Origin: a virus
Taxonomy: Duplodnaviria; Caudoviricetes
Direction: 5' to 3' (one strand)
Virus record (IMG/VR): IMGVR_UViG_3300012007_000001
Coordinates: 55,238 to 119,237 of that record
DNA length: 64,000 nucleotides
This document shows, in pieces, positions 57,159 through 64,000 of this stretch. Numbering within the stretch: the stretch's first letter is position 1; each line of letters opens with the position of its first letter. The notes under the pieces were generated by a model that was given only the letters and a program-made list of their open reading frames with translations, did no database searches and was not told where the DNA came from. Made by a program: the position numbers and the translations under genes.

Positions 57159-57423
57159 TCAGCACCTGAAATAAATACCGTTTGATTGCTGCAATGTAGT
57201 TGGAATCCATGATGACCTGCGCAAGAGGCTTCATGTACTGCTGCGGTATCTCAACCTCACCGTCGCTGTAATAGATTTCCTCTGCCAGTTTCTCAAACCC
57301 GATGTCCTGAATAACAGAGCCGTTAAACTTCATGTCATTGCCAACCTCCTTTGCGATGTTGAACTTCTTGCGTGTGCCGTCAAAGCTGACCTGCACCTCA
57401 ATCTTCGTAAAATCTATCTTCAT
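57148..57423 (-). CDS. Hypothetical protein
   Basis: MKIDF...DIG...LA..IYYS.GEVEIP. Confidence 0.75.
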   Translation of the reverse strand: MKIDFTKIEVQVSFDGTRKKFNIAKEVGNDMKFNGSVIQDIGFEKLAEEIYYSDGEVEIPQQYMKPLAQVIMDSNYIAAIKRYLFQVLNGR

Positions 57424-57441
57424 ACTACCTTCCATATTGAA

Positions 57442-57849
57442 TTAATTCAGTAAATAAAAAATCCAAGCGAAACGCCTGCGGTTTTGCAGGTAATCCAAAT
57501 CCTTCTCGTTGGCATACGCCTCACGCTCATGGCTGATGTTCCTGTAGGCTTGATGCGTGTCGCGGTACTGCACCAGCCTAAAGCACCATTCAAGACCGTA
57601 CCACCAAAAGAACACAGGCAGGGCAAGCAATGACCACCATCCGCAGCCCAGCACAAAGAGCACTGCCGACAATACGCCACCGACGGCGAGCATTTCCTTC
57701 TGCTGTTCACCGTGGATGTGTTCGTGGTTGTCTGCAACCGAATTGTAATGACTGGCGGCATTGTTCCGCACAAAGATGAACGGCCACAGACACATGGCCA
57801 AGAATCCCTTAACGGGGATGATGTCATTGAATACTACCTTCGTTTTCAT
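57442..57849 (-). CDS. Membrane protein with HExxH motif
   Basis: NHEHIH..QQKEML, TM segment, AYRNIS.EREAY. Confidence 0.8.
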   Translation of the reverse strand: MKTKVVFNDIIPVKGFLAMCLWPFIFVRNNAASHYNSVADNHEHIHGEQQKEMLAVGGVLSAVLFVLGCGWWSLLALPVFFWWYGLEWCFRLVQYRDTHQAYRNISHEREAYANEKDLDYLQNRRRFAWIFYLLN

Positions 57850-57972
57850 ATCACAAAACATTTTCCGACAAAGTTAATCGTAATATTTTTGCCACTTCAC
57901 TCTGTCGGTTCTTTTGTTTTCACCCACTTTTTTTAGTGACAAATTAACCCAAAAACAACCCAAAAACAACCA

Positions 57973-57999
57973 CAAAAAAAGCGGGGCATTATACCCCGC
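57973..57999 (-). terminator. Rho-independent terminator of the inserted island
   Basis: GCGGGG-N7-CCCCGC with a U tract on the minus strand. Confidence 0.75.
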
Positions 58000-58028
58000 C
58001 TAACAAAACAAACCACTTAGATGACCTG

Positions 58029-58859
58029 TCAGACAAACCACAGCCCTTTTTCAGTATCAGGATTATATGATAGCTGTTTCAGGTCTTTCTTCGTGTAGTA
58101 GGCATTCCACGTCTTGATGAAGATGGCCTGTTTATAGCCAGCGGTCATCTTCATCCTTGCCCGCTTCATGCCGCGCTCCTGCATCATGCGCCTAAAGAAT
58201 AGCGAAATAGCGTTCAATGACACATCCTTCTGATAACAAAGCTGCGTGAAGAAAGTACGCACTTCATCCTTCGTATGGTTCATGTCGTGAACGAGATAGA
58301 ATCCGTAGGCCGCAATCAATGCGGGCGACAATACGAAATACTGCTTATAGCACTGCTGCCCGAAATTCAGCCAGTCTTTCCATACACCCTCATACTTATT
58401 GTAAAGGTCGAGCAATTCCGAATGGTCGCACTGGCCTGTCAGTGGGTTTGGGTTGGCCACTATTATCTGATGCTGCTGCAAATAGAAATATTTGTGTACC
58501 GCAGCCGCGTAGTTTTTAGGGTTGGCGATGCTGTTGAACTGAAACACATCCCCTGCCGTGCGGTTGCCGCCTGTGTCGATGTCGAGAATGCCCTTCTCTG
58601 TCACGTTACGCGCTATACAGTAGTACAAATCCACATTGGCCTGTACCTGTGCAGTAAGTCTGTGCTGGCCGTCACACAGCCTTCCATCGGTGTCAAACTT
58701 TAGCGTCTCGCCGTTGTCGTGCCAGTTGCCGCGTGTCATCTGCCGCGCATAGCGATTCACTAACCTCGGCTTGATAGCCCTGTTCGTTCTCATGTCTGCA
58801 AGCCATTGTCTTGCCTGTGCTGGAGTCACTAACTCCACTGTCAAATCCTTTGTTTCCAT
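58029..58859 (-). CDS. ParB-like N-terminal (DGQHR) domain protein
   Basis: VTP..A..WL....NR......V..YA..M..G.W, DGQHRL. Confidence 0.85.
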   Translation of the reverse strand: METKDLTVELVTPAQARQWLADMRTNRAIKPRLVNRYARQMTRGNWHDNGETLKFDTDGRLCDGQHRLTAQVQANVDLYYCIARNVTEKGILDIDTGGNRTAGDVFQFNSIANPKNYAAAVHKYFYLQQHQIIVANPNPLTGQCDHSELLDLYNKYEGVWKDWLNFGQQCYKQYFVLSPALIAAYGFYLVHDMNHTKDEVRTFFTQLCYQKDVSLNAISLFFRRMMQERGMKRARMKMTAGYKQAIFIKTWNAYYTKKDLKQLSYNPDTEKGLWFV

Positions 58860-59124
58860 AATCGTTCTAAATAGATGTTGTTGTTACTATATTAAATGAA
58901 AATGGCAGAGAGTCACCCCTCTGCCTTGATTGTCTCGTTTGCCTCTTCTTCCGTAATGTCAACGAGCAATTCAAGCATCGTGCGCCGCATGGTCTCATAG
59001 CCGCTATACAGCTTGCCGCGCTTGTTGCTTTCCGCATTCTGCTTGGTGGTGTCGAGAATGTTATCCACCTTGAACGTGATGACTGCCAGCTGTTGCAGCA
59101 TCGCAGTCAGTTTGTTTGCCTGTC

Positions 59125-59409
59125 CTACCATATTCTGTGAACTTGAAAATCGGGATAATGTTTCAGTACGAAAAGCGAAGCGATTGCCGCGCCTGTCTCA
59201 GTAACTCCAGCCATCAGCCACATTGCAGACAAAACGCCTTGCAGGTCATTGTCTGTCATCTGCTCCTTGATGGTCTGTCCGTCCATAGAAAGAACATAAC
59301 CGTCCTTTCTGTGCGCCACCTGCATCTGCATCCCCTTGTCTGATAGAATACCGCAGATTTCTTTGAATCTTTCGCCGTAGTCGGCGAGTTTCTGTCTGAT
59401 TGTTGCCAT
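59125..59409 (-). CDS. Hypothetical protein
   Basis: 94-aa ORF in the island. Confidence 0.65.
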   Translation of the reverse strand: MATIRQKLADYGERFKEICGILSDKGMQMQVAHRKDGYVLSMDGQTIKEQMTDNDLQGVLSAMWLMAGVTETGAAIASLFVLKHYPDFQVHRIW

Positions 59410-59457
59410 AATATACGTTATAAATGAGTTGTTGTTGCTAAATGGTTTTGGGGCGTG

Positions 59458-59784
59458 TCAGGCAATTCTCAGCAGATTTGCACGCTTAAAGCATCGCCAA
59501 GCGGCTTTCTCTGTGTCGTAGTAGGTTTGAATGGTGTCGTTTGGCTTGCGCGTGTCTGTGCCAGCGATAGCGGGTATCATGCCCTGTGCCAGCGTACCCC
59601 AAGCCTCGCGTGTGCTGCCATCTACCTTAATAAAATAAAACTTCACGATGCGCTTTGTCATAGCTGCCTTGAGTTTCATGTTCAGCCATGCCACTTTCAT
59701 TGCCTCGGCCATAGTGTAGCCGTTTCTTCTTACGAACTGCCAAGCCAGTTTCATAAGGTCTGATAAAAATTTCTTCGTGTTCAT
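59458..59784 (-). CDS. DUF2693 / WYL_2-type SH3 beta-barrel protein
   Basis: LMKLAWQFV, VKFYF.KVDGS.REAWGTL, YYDTEK..WRCFK. Confidence 0.85.
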   Translation of the reverse strand: MNTKKFLSDLMKLAWQFVRRNGYTMAEAMKVAWLNMKLKAAMTKRIVKFYFIKVDGSTREAWGTLAQGMIPAIAGTDTRKPNDTIQTYYDTEKAAWRCFKRANLLRIA

Positions 59785-59826
59785 AATCTAAAGCGTTATA
59801 AATGGGTTGTTGTTTGTTGTTGAGTG

Positions 59827-59997
59827 CAAAGTTATAGAATAAAATCTATATTGCCTAACAAAAATATAAAAAACATTCTATATTTTGCAAAGATTAAGAA
59901 TTAAAGAATAGATTTTATAGTTATTAACTAAATATAGACTATAATTTATATTTTATCCTAATTTGTTTGGTATATTGAAATAAAATAACTACCTTTG
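59827..59997. promoter_or_regulatory. Divergent promoters with a palindromic operator
   Basis: TAACTTTG (minus, 59827-59834); TTTG-N20-TACCTTTG (plus, 59966-59997); TATAGA-N6-TCTATA at 59833-59850. Confidence 0.7.
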
Positions 59998-60023
59998 CAC
60001 CCACATAATATAAGATATAGGCT

Positions 60024-60290
60024 ATGAATATAAAAAACGTAATCAAAAGGCAAGGATGGACTCTTGAACGCCTTGCAGCAGAGATGAAGGGTAAGGATGG
60101 TAAAAAAGGAATTTCCCAGCCGTCCGTGTCAAGTATCATCAATGGCAATCCAACTATTGATAAACTTGTGGAGATTGCTTCCATCATTGGTGTTTCGATT
60201 TCTGAATTGGTTGCTGATGAAGAAAACACCATTCCGAAAGCTGTCTGCCCCCACTGCGGCAAACCGATTTCGATTTCAATTAGTAAATGA
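60024..60290 (+). CDS. XRE HTH regulator with C-terminal CPHCG
   Basis: TLERLA....GISQPSVS.IINGNPT..KL.EIA. Confidence 0.9.
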   Translation: MNIKNVIKRQGWTLERLAAEMKGKDGKKGISQPSVSSIINGNPTIDKLVEIASIIGVSISELVADEENTIPKAVCPHCGKPISISISK

Positions 60291-60299
60291 TATTTAATT

Positions 60300-60944
60300 A
60301 TGAAACATTCCGTATTTTTTATTTTAGCCATCATATTCATGGCTACATCCTGCACAAATACAGGTAAAAATCAAGGTACAGAACAAAAACAGGATTCTGT
60401 CAGGGTTGTACCACAATCAGCAAAATCGGACAAATCTTCGCCGCATCCGTTGATGAAGATTTTCGTTGACTATACGAAAAACAATCCAAATGCGTTTAAT
60501 AACTCTGCAACAAGGGATAATGCTGCAACAAAAATACAATCAATTTTGTTTGATTCCATCCAAAACAATCCAAGTTTGCTTAAAACAATCCCGTTTAGGT
60601 ATGAGGATTTGATGAAAAAAGGCAATAAGTATATTGTTAAGTTTTCTTTGTCAAGTTTTAGCGAAAAGAATATCAATTACAGGAACAATGACAAATACAG
60701 TATTTCATTTGATGTATTTACTATTGCAGACGATTCTTTTGTTGAGGTACTGAAAGACAGATATTTCTACAAATTCAAGAATTTCGACTTCAAAGGTAGT
60801 GTAAATGGAAAAATTGCATTACCATCAGGCAGAACTTTTTCACAGAACCCATTTATTCTTATTGAAAAAGACTATAACAGCAAATATGATTTGAATCTTG
60901 GTGGCATATATCTTACCAATATAGAACTTGAAAGCTGGAAATAA
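60300..60944 (+). CDS. AT-rich lipoprotein gene (moron-like)
   Basis: Lipobox ATSC; visibly lower GC than flanking tail genes. Confidence 0.8.
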   Translation: MKHSVFFILAIIFMATSCTNTGKNQGTEQKQDSVRVVPQSAKSDKSSPHPLMKIFVDYTKNNPNAFNNSATRDNAATKIQSILFDSIQNNPSLLKTIPFRYEDLMKKGNKYIVKFSLSSFSEKNINYRNNDKYSISFDVFTIADDSFVEVLKDRYFYKFKNFDFKGSVNGKIALPSGRTFSQNPFILIEKDYNSKYDLNLGGIYLTNIELESWK

Positions 60945-60954
60945 ACGATAAAAA

Positions 60955-60983
60955 GAGCCGCAAGGATTTATTCCAAGCGGCTC
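60955..60983. terminator. Terminator between convergent genes
   Basis: GAGCCGC-N15-GCGGCTC preceded by an A run. Confidence 0.6.
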
Positions 60984-60991
60984 CCTTCTTA

Positions 60992-63900
60992 TTAGCCTCT
61001 GTGCGAAACCATGTATGCGTTGAATGCAGAACCATCGTACACCAGTATAAGGTGTAATATGTCACCTTCTGCTATACCGATACCGTCCGTAACGTCTTGG
61101 AAGCTGTCATTATTGCGGATGTGCGGGCAGTCACTGTCATTATAACTTCCATCTCTGTAGCCAAACACCACCATACCACTAGCACCGCTTGCACCCATTA
61201 TTATAAGTTCCAGCGCAAAGTATGTACTACTGTTTATATCAAGGTATGTCCTGCAAGCAGCCAGCGTTGGCAGATAAACCGATTTCATTGTCGAATTTTT
61301 AAGATAAACCCTGTTTCCTTTTGCAATCGGTATTGAATTGCTACCTGATGACGGTGTGAAAACATTCAGTTTGAAGCCGTCAACAGCACCGTTAAGCAGG
61401 CCGTTTCCTTCACCGACGAATGCGTAATTATAATCGGCATTTTTTGCCCGCATTACAACCGCAATATTCTTGCCGTAGCCAAACCAGTTAGCAGTATCCT
61501 CAATCTCGAATCTTGCCGTCGCCCTCGCGGTGGAATATGCAGGTAGGACGTTCGGGCCTATTCCGACAAAACTTCTATGGTCATCGTTACGAAGAATGAT
61601 ATAGGCATCATTCGTGAATGTGCCATCATCGTTTACGTTCGTCAATCCATTACCTGAAATCTTGAAGCCGCCAATCTTTCCACTGCTTGCCGTCACCTTA
61701 CCCGTGATGGTAGCATTCGTTGCCGTGAAACCGTCCATCGTGACGTTGCCATTTGAATCAACTGAGAACTTTCCGTTGATGACAGTCTTACCCTTGAATA
61801 CGATGTGGTCAGCATCAATAGAATACGATTTTCCAGTAAACGTGATTTGGTCTGCACCGATGCTAACACCGCTTTGAATAACACCTTGTGAATTTTTGGT
61901 AACAAACGCGGTCATGTGCGCTTCTGCTATCTTATTTCCGTCTGCATCGGTGGCCTCGGCGAATAGTGAAGCCCAATCCGTAGATGTGATGAATCCTGCG
62001 GCTGTGCCATAGTCTTCCGCACGCTTGTATGCAACCGCACGGACATATCCTTTCAGGTTCTCTATAAGGCTATGCGTCGATTCCTGCAACATTTCCCAAT
62101 CAGAGCCATTATACATGTGTATGGTTATGCCGCCCTCGACTGTTTGGTAGCCAGCAGGCGCATTACTGTCAGTGAATGTTACGGTAGCACATACTATATC
62201 ATACATCTGTTTCGTAATGGTCGGATGGGTTCTGAAAATACGAAGGCTGTATTGGCCGATTACTTCATACAGTGTCTTGAATGACTCAAGAAGTGAACTG
62301 TTGCTTATTGTAGCCCAACCGTTGTAGTATCGTTGCAGATTTCCGTTGTAGTATCTTAGATTACCGTTCTTATTCGTTCCACTGTTACCAAGCGACATGG
62401 TGAGATAATCGTTCGATGAAAGGTCACGGATATAGCCGCCTGAATAGTTATATGCCATGTTCACCAAGGCTGCAATAAGTATTCGCGGGTCACGTTTCTC
62501 CGTGATTTCCTTCATGTTCGCCCAATCGGTCTCCTGACCTGTTCCGCTTGTGCGTGTCACGACACACACGAACATCTCACCAGCCTCGGCCTGTGCCAGT
62601 GTAGGATTATCCGATGAAGTTTTCAGCCACAAGTCACCTTTCTTATACGGTGGTGTCGGAACGGACGCGCCGACAAAGTAATTCACTTTCTCAACGGCCT
62701 CATCATAGGCATCATCGGCTTTCTGTTTGGCCAAGTCGGAAAGTGCAGTGAGTACCGCTGTTCGTGCCGAATAGAAATCAGACCATTTGCTTCGCCATGT
62801 GCTGCCAGTGATGGTTTGCGTATTACCCATATTGGCAGACTGAATCCATGAAGGTAGGTTACTGTCCGTAGCCCTGTAGGTGTCATTCTGTATCGTACTG
62901 CCAGCACTCCAGTTAGTGTTTCCGTTCAGGTATTTACCAAGTGCGACAAAGGCGTTGATGTACGGATTAATATAAGCGGATTGGCTGATTATATAGTTGT
63001 TGTTGTTGTCAAGGCACATATCAAGTATTCCACCCGATTTATCCTTTTCATCCCATGCAGCCATGAACTCCCTCTTCACGGTCAGCTTCTCAGACGGGTC
63101 TAACTTGCCGTCACTGGCCATGTCGCCAATCTTATTCAATGCAGTGGTAGCATCGGCCTGCGCCGCATCTGCTAACTCCTTGGCTCTTGCTGTGATAACC
63201 TCCAGTAATGCGGTTAGTGCCACTTGGTAGTTATTCCATACCGTATGATAGTTTGCGGATGTCTGCGTCGGGGTGTTTGCCAGCACCGTGTCAACATTCA
63301 TATTTGCCGTTGTCAGCCATGCGGGGCGGGCTGTGCCGTTCAAGATGCTTGCAGTGGGATTCGTGCCGTTGTTCAGCATCTTCGCCAAATTGGTATAGGC
63401 AGTAACCAGCGCGTCATCCTGTGAATTGTTAGTACCGAAATAATCCTCTGCCTGTTCGATGTACTTCTTGTATTCTGCAACAGATTTCAGCCATTGCAGG
63501 TACAGGAGCGACTTCTCAGAGCCAGCACTGATGATACCGTCGGAAACGATGTCATCTATACGGTCATGCGCATCATCAGCTGTGCCCTGTGCGTGGTCTG
63601 TCAATGCAGTAAGTACCGCAGTGCGCTTTGCGTAGAAATCAGCCCACTTGCCTCGCCATGTGTCGCCCGAAATGGTCTGCGTGTTACCCATGTTGGCCTC
63701 TTGAATCCAAGAGGGAAGATGTGCGTTGTCAAAGTTCGCCAATGTCGGAATAGTCCATGTCGTACCTCCATTCAGGTATGTACCCAATGCACGGAATGCA
63801 GTAATGTACGGGGTTATCCATGCGGCTTCACTGATGATGTAATTGCCGTTTGCATCCTTTGCCATGTCAAGTATGCCAGCGGCATAGCCGTTCTCGTCGG

Positions 63901-64000
63901 TGTCCATCATTTCGTGATAGCAGGCCATGAACTCCCTCTTCACGGTCAGCTTCTCAGACGGGTCTAACTTGCCGTCACTGGCCATGTCGCCAATCTTATT
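60992..64000 (-). CDS. Large minor tail protein with ~140-aa internal repeats (5' end outside window)
   Basis: Frame open to the window edge; SDG.L.PSEK repeats; PPYKKGDLW; ITGKVTASSGKIGGF beta repeats. Confidence 0.85.
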   Translation of the reverse strand, partial: NKIGDMASDGKLDPSEKLTVKREFMACYHEMMDTDENGYAAGILDMAKDANGNYIISEAAWITPYITAFRALGTYLNGGTTWTIPTLANFDNAHLPSWIQEANMGNTQTISGDTWRGKWADFYAKRTAVLTALTDHAQGTADDAHDRIDDIVSDGIISAGSEKSLLYLQWLKSVAEYKKYIEQAEDYFGTNNSQDDALVTAYTNLAKMLNNGTNPTASILNGTARPAWLTTANMNVDTVLANTPTQTSANYHTVWNNYQVALTALLEVITARAKELADAAQADATTALNKIGDMASDGKLDPSEKLTVKREFMAAWDEKDKSGGILDMCLDNNNNYIISQSAYINPYINAFVALGKYLNGNTNWSAGSTIQNDTYRATDSNLPSWIQSANMGNTQTITGSTWRSKWSDFYSARTAVLTALSDLAKQKADDAYDEAVEKVNYFVGASVPTPPYKKGDLWLKTSSDNPTLAQAEAGEMFVCVVTRTSGTGQETDWANMKEITEKRDPRILIAALVNMAYNYSGGYIRDLSSNDYLTMSLGNSGTNKNGNLRYYNGNLQRYYNGWATISNSSLLESFKTLYEVIGQYSLRIFRTHPTITKQMYDIVCATVTFTDSNAPAGYQTVEGGITIHMYNGSDWEMLQESTHSLIENLKGYVRAVAYKRAEDYGTAAGFITSTDWASLFAEATDADGNKIAEAHMTAFVTKNSQGVIQSGVSIGADQITFTGKSYSIDADHIVFKGKTVINGKFSVDSNGNVTMDGFTATNATITGKVTASSGKIGGFKISGNGLTNVNDDGTFTNDAYIILRNDDHRSFVGIGPNVLPAYSTARATARFEIEDTANWFGYGKNIAVVMRAKNADYNYAFVGEGNGLLNGAVDGFKLNVFTPSSGSNSIPIAKGNRVYLKNSTMKSVYLPTLAACRTYLDINSSTYFALELIIMGASGASGMVVFGYRDGSYNDSDCPHIRNNDSFQDVTDGIGIAEGDILHLILVYDGSAFNAYMVSHRG

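Larger units (their letters stand above)
1..64000. mobile_element. Temperate Bacteroidales phage genome segment (probably excised/virion form)
   Basis: Phage gene order (recombination/replication, CI, integrase, lysis, tail); Bacteroidetes TAnnTTTG promoters; A-rich leaders without SD; phage genes on both sides of the att core. Confidence 0.93.

Noticed and set aside
60992-61150. Second DGR target in the large tail gene or elsewhere
   Set aside because: No further TR-like sequence was found by eye in the window; targets outside the window cannot be excluded
1-64000. Stop-codon reassignment
   Set aside because: Genes are intact and tightly packed under the standard code, TAG and TGA end real genes, and there is no suppressor tRNA

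Overview
The whole window is part of a temperate Bacteroidales (Prevotella/Bacteroides-type) phage genome; no host housekeeping genes are seen, and terminase/capsid genes lie outside it. Left arm (1-25.2 kb, minus strand): small early genes, dUTPase, three DNA methyltransferase-type genes, replication initiator, SF2 helicase, NinG, NinB, SSB, exonuclease, Sak/Rad52 annealing protein, tRNA-Gln and tRNA-Glu. Centre: CI-like repressor, an intact attP (3' part of tRNA-His with 11-bp arm repeats) and a tyrosine integrase, so this is probably the excised or virion form. 28-44 kb: two divergent blocks of small hypothetical genes with several paralogue families. Right arm (minus strand): lysis cassette, a complete diversity-generating retroelement (2255-aa target with VR, Avd, and RT whose 5' coding region contains the TR), an inserted regulatory/lipoprotein island and a truncated repeat-containing tail protein. 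The signals least explained by standard annotation are non-coding: (i) two tRNA-shaped elements with large internal insertions, one with the G3-U70/A73 alanine signature; (ii) a four-copy, covarying, pseudoknot-like 5' leader in front of early genes, linked to a shared palindromic operator; (iii) a short antisense transcription unit. All protein family calls come from motif recognition by eye, not database searches.
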